Below are positions 56,901-64,000 of a stretch of DNA of 64,000 bases, one piece after another. Location of the stretch: contig JBGCFC010000009.1 of NCBI GenBank assembly GCA_045106715.1, forward strand, positions 64,001-128,000, written 5' to 3'. The notes beneath the pieces are model-generated. The model did no database searches, had not been told where the DNA came from, and worked only from the letters and a program-made list of their open reading frames with translations. Position 1 is the stretch's first letter. Each line of letters starts with the position of its first letter. The position numbers and the translations under genes were made by a program. The DNA is from Sandaracinaceae bacterium. GTDB taxonomy: Bacteria > Myxococcota_A > Polyangia > Polyangiales > Sandaracinaceae.

Positions 56901-57509
56901 GGCGCGGCCACCATCACCGCGTTCGACAGCACTCCGAGCTACGTCGACGGTGTCCCGCTCAACGCGATCACCCGGCTCGGGGACACGCTGTGGGTGGCCA
57001 CCGATACGCCTTTCGGAGGCGGCACCGCCACCGCGTTCTTCACCCTTCCGGTGGGGGGCGGCGCGCCGACGCCGGTCGGTTCGAACGCCGCGATGGAGAG
57101 CGTCTCGGCCATCGCCGTCGACGCCACGCACGTCTACATGATGGGCCGCGTCGGAGACACGTCCACGGGGACGGAAGGCATCTGGCGCCTGCGCCGCGAT
57201 GAGCTCTCCGAGCCGAGCGCCGCTCCGTTCCTCGTGTACGCCGGCGGGTTCAACTACAGCGACGACAATGGGGCGCTCCATGTGGACAGCGCTGGCGGCA
57301 CGACGTGGATCTACTTCCGCACCTACATCCCGGCGTCCGTGCACATGGTCGTCGACCCCGAGACGGACACGCCCGCGTACCTGGGGACGCTCTGGCAGCC
57401 GAGTGGGACCCGGATCGAGAACGGCCTGGCCTACGACCCCAGCGAGCCCGCCCTCTACCTGATCGACACCTCGGTCACCTCCGACGGCCAGTGGATTCGG
57501 ATCGAATAG
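53913..57509 (+). CDS. large lipoprotein with SbsA-Ig-like repeats (paralog 2)
   Basis: Lipobox 'LALAGC'. It has the same repeat architecture and C-terminal domain as 50324..53908 and sits 5 nt after its stop. Confidence 0.8.
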   Translation: MSHPMRTLRPLLALSFMLALAGCDDDPTPTDAGDADTRDADTRDAGSVDATGPTLVSSLPSDGASAVSPDALLSVRFSEPMAAAGGVTLEADGTALAAPALTRSSDGFAIQLEPAEAVPASTEITVVLSGFTDVAGNPLSGMDRFTFSTLDDVRPALVASTPSEGATGVSVDVGTLSFTFSERMDMTRGSVSRDDVTVGEVVWSSLTEASVTVSALAAETALSFDLVDFVDVAGNPLDPAPELVDGALDFTTGADDSAPTVIESDPMEGQLDVSLDGVTRVVVTFSEPMETSSGTATLRVGAGATSLVVSWDDDGRRALLEVGGLLAVDAAHAIDLEGFEDVAGNALDTAPYLVDGALDFTTGDDSFIPFVTLGTPEEGATDVDSGLNALVVVFSEQMDDSRESLEIQDDTGRRITRPVSWGAARTYLTVDLLPGDLINGFDYTIDLRGFADVSGSPIDAAHPYLGDGQLQFSTVATRTGETCRDPLTVAEATETDGVFVWTLADDAFEQESINFSCHPSGGSDDGLIYFRKTGGDLASGGTALRVLVEGADDVVIELFEGSCGTGSDAESARRRCLYRQETWETFLDVVAGDYFLWVSETSGSFGGATVTIEEVAMPTEGESCGAPYDTTSVGVYTAPAGATDPHVWTLPAEAVSSIERTISHDTAPLSCAPEGRFYGRDAVIALEKTSATSVLTVRVEPGAESSASNLLDIAITDTCEAAGATQLGCFASLGDEDVPSAYEVTLRGAAGTRYLWLNTPRTGFSSAPYWRSFPGARVSVTEVETAPGDSCDNAIPITAGASVPITPDRPYRVDAPACTTGAITWYRYTASERLAIVSVANGAAVGGVDAASGLSAGCRDNTVDQSAPVVVAAGDDVCLAVASGAGATTLSVDERPYTGVVGRAIDLAITEPDDAPLLFGTGRFLTLTPTDIYTVVSSRMYAAPRAGGVPYQVVPLSFAVTGDDGLAVGDDLVMFRTSSFDVDNPASLVQRISDVRGAATITAFDSTPSYVDGVPLNAITRLGDTLWVATDTPFGGGTATAFFTLPVGGGAPTPVGSNAAMESVSAIAVDATHVYMMGRVGDTSTGTEGIWRLRRDELSEPSAAPFLVYAGGFNYSDDNGALHVDSAGGTTWIYFRTYIPASVHMVVDPETDTPAYLGTLWQPSGTRIENGLAYDPSEPALYLIDTSVTSDGQWIRIE

Positions 57510-57511
57510 AC

Positions 57512-59683
57512 ATGCGCCACCCTACTTTCGCTCGCTCCCTTCTTCTCCTCGCCTGCGGATTGCTGAGTGCGTGCACGGTCAGCAGCGACCCGGACGCGGG
57601 CGCAGACGCACAGGTCGTCCCCGACGCCGGGGCCCCTGACGCCGGACCCCCGGTCGAGGTGGAGTGCCTCGATCCGGGCGGCACGATCGGGGACGCGTGC
57701 GCCGCGACGGCGGACTGCAGTGATGGCTGCTTCTGCAACGGAACCGAGCTCTGCGAGTCCGGTACCTGCGTTGCTGGCGTCGACCCGTGTGACGACGACA
57801 CCGACTGCACGACCGACGCCTGCGAGGAGTCCGACGACTCGTGCACCTTCGACGCGGACGACACCGTCTGCGCCGACGGCGACCTCTGCAACGGAGACGA
57901 GCGGTGCCTTCCCGGGGTCGGCTGCCGGCCCGGGTTTCGCCTCGCCTGTGCGAGCGACGACCCCTGCATGATCGGGAGTTGCGACCCCTCGGAGGGCTGC
58001 ACCTATGCGATCCGCGACCTCGATGGGGACGGCTTCGCCGACGACCGGTGCGGTGGTGAGGACTGCCTCGATGACCCGGTCACCGGCGACAGCATCTTCC
58101 CGGGTGCGGCCGAGGTCTGCGGCAACGACGTCGACGACAACTGCGACGGCATCGTGGACTTCCGCTCGCCGACCTGCCTCGGCGAAAACGACACCTGCGC
58201 CGAAGCCGATGTGCTCCCCGGGGCGGGCTCGTACGTCCGGACCACCCGCGGCTTGAGCGGCGACTACGCCATCGGCTGCCGGGCGACGGGACCGGACGCC
58301 GTCTTCCGATTTACCCTGGCGAGCGCTCAGGACGTCGAGGCTCGTCTGGAGACCGACACGGGGAGCGGCTCGGTCGCCATCCGGTCCGCCGCGAGCTGCG
58401 ACGCGGGCCCCGACACCTACTGCGACAGCAGCGCGGTGCTGGCCAGGAACCTCCCGGCAGGTGAGTACGTCCTCATCGTCAAGACCACCATCCCGACGAG
58501 CTTCCTGCTGTCGCTCACCTTCCTCGACGCGACCCCCGTCCTGCCCGTCGACGTGTGCAACGACGCCACCCTCGAGATCACCGCGAGCGGCAGCTACAGC
58601 GGCTTCTTCGCGGACGTCGAGGATGACTACGACCTGTCCTGCCGCACCGCCTCGAGCACGGCCTACCGCGACGCCGCCTACCGGCTGGTCCTGACCGAAC
58701 TGTCCGACGTCACCCTGACCGCGGGGTCGACGAGCACCGGCTCGACCTCGACCTACCTCTCGCTCGTCCGTGACTGCACCGACCCCGCGAGCGCGCTCTC
58801 GTGCGTGCAGTCGGCGAGCGCGGAGATCGAGCGCTTGTCGGTCCCGCCCGGTGTCTACTACGTCCTCGTCGAGTCTTCGCGCACGACCGCGAGCACCTGG
58901 AGCCTCGACGTCGACATCCGCCCGGCGATGCCCCGGGCGGACGGCGACGCCTGCACCACGGAGATCGACGTTACCGACGCGACAGCGACCGTGGCCCTGT
59001 CGAGCCTCGTGCTCGACTACGGCACGACCTGCGGCGGCAGCACCACCTCCGCGCGGGACGCGAACTTCGCCTTCACGCTGACCGAGACGAGCGACGTCAT
59101 TCTGCGGACGGTCGCCGGAGGCATCCACTACGTTTCGGTGTCGAGCGCCTGCGGGGACCGCACCACCGAGACGCTGTGCGCCAGCGGTACCCCGGGGGTC
59201 ACCCGGCGTTTCCTCCGCCTCGAACCCGGCACCTACCACGTCACCGTGGCGACCACCCTCTCCAGCGGGGACCTGGAGGTGTCCGCCGAGGTGCTCCCGC
59301 CGACCTTCCCACCGGACAACGACACCTGCGCCTCTCCCGCCCCCATGGCGGACGGGGTGACCTTGTCGGGTGACCTCCTCGCCGCCGGCGACTCCGTGGA
59401 ATCCTGCGGTCCGGGCGGCTCCGTCGACGCGCTGCACGTGCTCGAACTCACCGAGACGCGGAACGTCACCGTGGTCGCGCGGCGCACCGGAGGGATCACC
59501 GAGCCGCTCTTCCTGGGCCTCCGTGACGACTGCGAGGCCATCTCCACCGACACCGCTTGCACCTCCGGCTCGCCGGCGTTGCTCAACCGCACGCTCGGCC
59601 CGGGCACCCATCACCTGGTGGTGGAGTCCGCGAGCAGCTTCGTCGGCCCGTACTCCCTCACCGTCTACCTGGCCGCGCCTTGA
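57512..59683 (+). CDS. Cys-rich lipoprotein, hypothetical
   Basis: ATG at 57512 and lipobox 'LLSAC'. An N-terminal EGF/laminin-like Cys cluster is followed by three ~110-aa beta-domain repeats ('...CG...YCAS..', 'LTETSDV.L'). Confidence 0.75.
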   Translation: MRHPTFARSLLLLACGLLSACTVSSDPDAGADAQVVPDAGAPDAGPPVEVECLDPGGTIGDACAATADCSDGCFCNGTELCESGTCVAGVDPCDDDTDCTTDACEESDDSCTFDADDTVCADGDLCNGDERCLPGVGCRPGFRLACASDDPCMIGSCDPSEGCTYAIRDLDGDGFADDRCGGEDCLDDPVTGDSIFPGAAEVCGNDVDDNCDGIVDFRSPTCLGENDTCAEADVLPGAGSYVRTTRGLSGDYAIGCRATGPDAVFRFTLASAQDVEARLETDTGSGSVAIRSAASCDAGPDTYCDSSAVLARNLPAGEYVLIVKTTIPTSFLLSLTFLDATPVLPVDVCNDATLEITASGSYSGFFADVEDDYDLSCRTASSTAYRDAAYRLVLTELSDVTLTAGSTSTGSTSTYLSLVRDCTDPASALSCVQSASAEIERLSVPPGVYYVLVESSRTTASTWSLDVDIRPAMPRADGDACTTEIDVTDATATVALSSLVLDYGTTCGGSTTSARDANFAFTLTETSDVILRTVAGGIHYVSVSSACGDRTTETLCASGTPGVTRRFLRLEPGTYHVTVATTLSSGDLEVSAEVLPPTFPPDNDTCASPAPMADGVTLSGDLLAAGDSVESCGPGGSVDALHVLELTETRNVTVVARRTGGITEPLFLGLRDDCEAISTDTACTSGSPALLNRTLGPGTHHLVVESASSFVGPYSLTVYLAAP

Positions 59684-59697
59684 CTCCCGAGTCCACC

Positions 59698-61686
59698 ATG
59701 CAGCGCAACACTCTTTCATTGCTCCTCACGTTGCTCCTCGCGGCGCCCCTCTCGGCCTGCGACGGGGACACCCCCATGCCGATGGCCGACGCTGGCCCTC
59801 TGGGCGATGCGGACGACGACACGATTCTCGACTCCGACGAGCGGGTGGAGTTCGAGCTCGATACCGACCTCGATGGCACTCCCGACTACCTCGACCTCGA
59901 CTCGGACGGGGACGGCCTCTCGGACGCGCTCGAAGCCGGCGACGACGACCCCAGCACGCCGCCCATCGACTCGGACGGGGACTCCATCCCGAACTTCGTC
60001 GACGACGACAGCGACGGCAACGGCATCCCGGACGCGCGGGAGGGCGACGGCGACGCCGACGGGGACGGGGAGCTCGACTACCTCGACCCCGACGACGACG
60101 GGGACCTCATCCCCGACGCCGACGAGCTGGGAGACCGGACGGAGTTCCCGGCGGACAGCGACGACGACGGCATCCCCAACTTCCGGGATCCGGACTCCGA
60201 CAACGACACCATCCGAGACGGCGCCGAATGGGAGGTCGACACCGACCGGGACGGGATGGCCGACTGGATGGATCTGGACTCGGACGCCGACGGCATCCCC
60301 GACGCGGTCGAGGCCGGCGACGCGGACCTCTCGACCTCCCCGGTCGACAGCGACGAAGACGGCCTGCCCGACTTCCAGGACCGCGACAGCGACAACGACG
60401 GCCTGCCCGACGACAACGAGGTCGAAGCCGGGACGGACCCTCTCGACGGCGACTCGGACGACGACGGCGTCTCGGACCTCATCGAGGTCGGTGCCGAGAC
60501 CGATGCCCTCGACCCCGACGACAACCCACGCACCCGGGGGGACTTCGTCTTCTTGATGCCCTACCTCGAGCCGCCGGCTCCCGAGCGCGACACGCTCGAG
60601 TTCCGCACCAACATTCAGTTCGGTGACGTCTACTTCCTCTTCGACACCACCGGCTCGATGGGGACCGAGATCGCGTCGATGAAGGAGGCGGTCGAGACCA
60701 TCGTCGAGAACCTCACCTGCGCCGACTCTGGGGTCGCCTGCGCCGGCGATCCCGAGTGCAGCGATGGCCAGGTCTGCTCGGCCGGGGGCACCTGCATCGC
60801 CGACCCGCGCATCAGCGGCTGCATCGCCGATCTCTACACGGGCCTCGGGACGTACGCGGGCAACCCCAACAGCTACCGGAACCTCCTTGCCCTACAGCCC
60901 GACGCAGGCGAGACCCGGCGCCGCATCCCCGCCTCGGCGAGCGGCGGCGGTGCAGCCGAGTCCCTCTTCGAGAGCGTCGCCTGCGTCGCGGACCCGACGG
61001 CATGCTCGGGTGCCGACTGCACCCCCGGCGGGGTGGGCTGCCCGGCCTTCCGCTCCGACGCCGTGCGCATCCTCGTCGGCATCACCGACGAGTCGAACCA
61101 GTGCACCTCCTGCACGGTCAACACCGCTGCGGCGGCCGGCATGCGCCTGCTCGCCGAGGACATCGTCTTCGTCGGCGTGGACGCCGACAGCTCGAACAGC
61201 CCCGAGACGGATCTGCGCGCGGTCGCCACGGCGTCGAACAGCGTCGACTCGCTGGGTGAGGCGCTCTACGTACAAGGGAGCGAAGCGGCGGTAACGAGCG
61301 CCACCACGCGCGCCATCCGGAACATCGCCCAGAACGTGCCCGTCTTCGTCTCGATCGCGGCGGCCGACCTGCCCGGCGACGACGGCGACGCGCTGCCTTT
61401 CATCGACTATGTCGAAGTCAACGTCTCCGGCGAGGGCGACTGCACCGCGCTGACGTCGAGCGCGGACACCAACGGCGACGGCTTCCGCGACGCCTTCCCG
61501 TCACTGCTGCCCGGCACTCCGGTTTGCTGGGACGTCGTCCCGCGTGAGAACGACGTCATCGAGCCCGGGTCGAGCCCACAGATCTTCCGCGCCCGCCTCA
61601 CCGTTCGCGGCGACGGGTCCACCCTCGACGCCCGAACGGTCTATTTCCTCGTGCCCCCGCGAATCGAGCTGCCGGACTTCGGGTAG
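59698..61686 (+). CDS. lipoprotein with thrombospondin-type-3-like Ca-binding repeats and vWA/MIDAS-like domain
   Basis: Lipobox 'PLSAC' and more than 12 'DxDxDGxPDxxD' repeats. 'VYFLFDTTGSMGTEI' is a MIDAS-like motif. Confidence 0.75.
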   Translation: MQRNTLSLLLTLLLAAPLSACDGDTPMPMADAGPLGDADDDTILDSDERVEFELDTDLDGTPDYLDLDSDGDGLSDALEAGDDDPSTPPIDSDGDSIPNFVDDDSDGNGIPDAREGDGDADGDGELDYLDPDDDGDLIPDADELGDRTEFPADSDDDGIPNFRDPDSDNDTIRDGAEWEVDTDRDGMADWMDLDSDADGIPDAVEAGDADLSTSPVDSDEDGLPDFQDRDSDNDGLPDDNEVEAGTDPLDGDSDDDGVSDLIEVGAETDALDPDDNPRTRGDFVFLMPYLEPPAPERDTLEFRTNIQFGDVYFLFDTTGSMGTEIASMKEAVETIVENLTCADSGVACAGDPECSDGQVCSAGGTCIADPRISGCIADLYTGLGTYAGNPNSYRNLLALQPDAGETRRRIPASASGGGAAESLFESVACVADPTACSGADCTPGGVGCPAFRSDAVRILVGITDESNQCTSCTVNTAAAAGMRLLAEDIVFVGVDADSSNSPETDLRAVATASNSVDSLGEALYVQGSEAAVTSATTRAIRNIAQNVPVFVSIAAADLPGDDGDALPFIDYVEVNVSGEGDCTALTSSADTNGDGFRDAFPSLLPGTPVCWDVVPRENDVIEPGSSPQIFRARLTVRGDGSTLDARTVYFLVPPRIELPDFG

Positions 61687-61831
61687 CCCGATGGACCCCG
61701 CGCCTGATGGCCAACACCGACGGGACCTCGAAGGCGGGCAGCGGCGACAATCTGCATTTCATCTGAGCCGTTTTCGGCTCGGCTGAACACTGCGGCACCG
61801 AAGGCGTCCCGTCGGACGCCCGGGAGGCAGG

Positions 61832-64000
61832 ATGCGCAGCAATCGGATGGTCGGAGCTCTCGCGATCGCAGTCGCGGTATGGGCCGTGGGGTGCGATGGC
61901 ACGGAGGACCCCGAGGACGCGGGGCCGGTGATCGAGGACGGGGGGACCGATTCGGGCTCCGACGCGGGGACGCTCGACACCGACGCCCCGGAGGTCACGT
62001 CGTCGCGTCCGCGAAACGGCGAAGACCTGGTCGAACGCACCCAGGCGCTGGAGCTCCGGTTCAGTGAGGCCATCGACCCCGCCTCGGGCGCCATCACGGC
62101 GATGGGTCCGGGGGGAGCGATCCCTCTCGAGGCCGCGGCGCCCAACGCCGACGGAGACGTGCTCACCGTGACGCCGTCCGATCCCTGGCCGGGGGGTGCG
62201 CAGATCGACGTCTCGGTGACCGGCTTCGTGGACCTCGCCGGCAACACGCAGGAGGATGGCTACGCGCTCGCGTTCGAGACGAACGACGACGGCGCCCCCG
62301 AGGTCACCGAGGCCACTCCGGGAGAGGGCGCGTCCGACCTCCCGACGGATCCGCTGACCGTCTCGCTCACGTTCAGCGAGCCGATGAACCCGCTGCTCGG
62401 CACGCTCGGTCTCGAGGGCGGCGGCCAGCTCGGGGAGGCCGCGTGGTCTTCCGACCGCGAGATACGGGTCGAGATCACCGGGCTCGCCCACGCCGTGACC
62501 TATCGTCTGGTGCTCACGGGCTTCGAGGACCGCAGCGCCAACGCGCTGGACCCGGCCCCCGTGCTCGGAGACGGTGTTCTCGACTTCACGACGGTCGCGG
62601 ACACGACCGCGCCGACCGTGACGGACTCCAATCCCACCTCCGGCCAGGCGGATGTCAACGTCGCGGGACTGCGCGCCATCGACGTGACCTTCAGCGAGCC
62701 GATGGACACGAGCGTGCGTACCGCACCGTATGAAGCCGGAACCGCGGTCGGCACCCTCACCGGCAACTGGAGTCCGGACGGAACTTCGATCCGCTTCGAC
62801 GCGGGCGGCCGCGTGCTCGCCGACGCGGAGCACGAGGTGGACCTCTCCGCGTTCGCCGACGCGGCGGGCAACCCGCTCGACGGAACGGTGATGCTCGTCG
62901 AAGGCGCGCTGACCTTCACGACCAGCTCGTCGGATGCGGTGGCGCCGTTCGTCGTCTTCTCCACTCCAAGCGAGGGCTCGACCGGGGTCTCGACGAGGCT
63001 GCCGGCCGTCGAGGTCCTCTTTTCCGAGGCCATGGACGTCACCGCAACCGATGTGTCGCTGGACGACGGCGCCGCCGCGGTTGCGATCACCGGCACCTGG
63101 AACGCCGCCGGCACCCGGTTGACGTTGCCGCTCGACGGGTTCGCGCCCGCGAACTCGTACCGCATAGACCTCGCGGCGTTCCAAGACGTCTCCGGCAACC
63201 CCATCGACACGTCGCACCCGTACCTCATGGACGGCGCGCTCGACTTCACCACGGGGCAGGCGACCGGTGAGAGCTGCGCCGACCCGCTCGACGTGACGAC
63301 CGCGACCACCGATGGCGCGGCGATGGTCTGGGAGCTCGTGGGCGGGCAGTTCTCCGAGCCGGATGGTGCGCCCAGCTGCAGCGCCGTGAGCAACGTGGAC
63401 AGCGGCGTGATCGTCTATGAGAAGACCAGCGCCGACGTCGCCAGCGGCGGCGCGGCGCTCCGCATCACCGCCACGAGCCCGAACGCTTTCAACGGTGTTC
63501 AGCTCGAGGTCTTCCGCGGCGTCTGTGACCCTGATGCGGTCGGCGGGGGTCTCGCCGCGCGCGAGGTCTGCCTGACCCAGCGCCCGCGTTGGGACCAGTA
63601 CCTCGATCTGCCGGCAGGCACCTACTACTTCTGGGTCTCGAACGAGAACTCGGAGGACTTCGAAGGCGCCACGCTCCGAATTGAAGAGATTCCGGCCGTC
63701 CCCGAAGGCGAGAGCTGCAGCGCTCCCTACACCAGCGCCTCGGCGAACCACAGCGCACCGGCGACGGACACACAGCGCTGGGTCGTCCCCGGCTCCTCTT
63801 CGCAGTCCTCCAACTTCGGCACGGCCACGCGCGGCGAGGGCAGCATGGAGTGCGTGACGGATCACGGCCCAGATGCCGTTGTCCAGGTCACCAAGGCCCG
63901 CGCTGGCAGCATCCTCAACGTCGAGATCGACCCCTTCCCCGCCGAGTCGGGTTCCGGCGTCTTCAACCGGGCGGGGACCAACGTCGCGGTGCTCGACGGC
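61832..64000 (+). CDS. large lipoprotein with SbsA-Ig-like repeats (paralog 3), 3' partial
   Basis: This gene is not in the ORF track because it runs off the window. I translated it by hand from the ATG at 61832: 'MRSNRMVGALAIAVAVWAVGC...FSEPMNPL...LGDGVLDFTTVAD...FSEPMDTSV...'. No stop occurs before nt 64000. Confidence 0.7.
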   Translation, partial: MRSNRMVGALAIAVAVWAVGCDGTEDPEDAGPVIEDGGTDSGSDAGTLDTDAPEVTSSRPRNGEDLVERTQALELRFSEAIDPASGAITAMGPGGAIPLEAAAPNADGDVLTVTPSDPWPGGAQIDVSVTGFVDLAGNTQEDGYALAFETNDDGAPEVTEATPGEGASDLPTDPLTVSLTFSEPMNPLLGTLGLEGGGQLGEAAWSSDREIRVEITGLAHAVTYRLVLTGFEDRSANALDPAPVLGDGVLDFTTVADTTAPTVTDSNPTSGQADVNVAGLRAIDVTFSEPMDTSVRTAPYEAGTAVGTLTGNWSPDGTSIRFDAGGRVLADAEHEVDLSAFADAAGNPLDGTVMLVEGALTFTTSSSDAVAPFVVFSTPSEGSTGVSTRLPAVEVLFSEAMDVTATDVSLDDGAAAVAITGTWNAAGTRLTLPLDGFAPANSYRIDLAAFQDVSGNPIDTSHPYLMDGALDFTTGQATGESCADPLDVTTATTDGAAMVWELVGGQFSEPDGAPSCSAVSNVDSGVIVYEKTSADVASGGAALRITATSPNAFNGVQLEVFRGVCDPDAVGGGLAAREVCLTQRPRWDQYLDLPAGTYYFWVSNENSEDFEGATLRIEEIPAVPEGESCSAPYTSASANHSAPATDTQRWVVPGSSSQSSNFGTATRGEGSMECVTDHGPDAVVQVTKARAGSILNVEIDPFPAESGSGVFNRAGTNVAVLDG

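Noticed and set aside
54804-57344. 846-aa minus-strand ORF antisense to paralog 2
   Set aside because: Spurious antisense frame (Arg/Gly/Asp-rich). Paralog 2 on the plus strand has a lipobox and conserved repeats.
61598-63865. 755-aa minus-strand ORF
   Set aside because: It is antisense to the hand-translated paralog-3 gene (61832..64000+), which shares repeat and C-terminal motifs with paralogs 1 and 2. The minus-frame product is Arg-rich nonsense.

Overview
This is a ~70% GC window, consistent with a Myxococcota-type genome, and it is dominated by exported proteins, with at least 15 predicted lipoproteins. The high GC produces many long spurious antisense ORFs in the track, so I called real genes by motif content and amino-acid composition rather than length. 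Recognisable housekeeping and accessory genes are a partial alpha/beta hydrolase, a 4HBT thioesterase, BioA, an MMPL/RND transporter, a CheY-like receiver, Lnt, two SNase-like nucleases, a YceI-like protein, a YpfJ-type Zn peptidase, a CPA1 antiporter with a TrkA-N domain, an OmpA-like lipoprotein, a TrmO/TsaA-like protein, a DhlA-type haloalkane dehalogenase, an FHA-GAF-sigma54 activator and an ECF sigma/FecR pair. The stand-out locus is a compact minus-strand cluster at 21379..23450. It encodes an exported, acidic, Cys-repeat peptide (three 'GEASCSG' repeats plus 'SCGAGSCG'), followed after an intergenic hairpin by a DUF692/MNIO enzyme that overlaps (ATGA) a DUF2063 partner. This is the architecture of bufferin/methanobactin-like MNIO RiPP systems, but the precursor does not look like any described family, and a 12-Cys lipoprotein lies immediately downstream. 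Other notable loci are a nuclease operon with Cys/Asp-repeat lipoprotein and outer-membrane partners, and a 2322-aa surface protein (DUF4114, MopE-like repeats, BNR) that carries an internal MYXO-CTERM-like segment followed by a lipoprotein signal with no intervening stop. There is also a tandem family of three ~1200-aa SbsA-Ig-like repeat lipoproteins. I recognised no rRNA, tRNA, CRISPR array or transposase.
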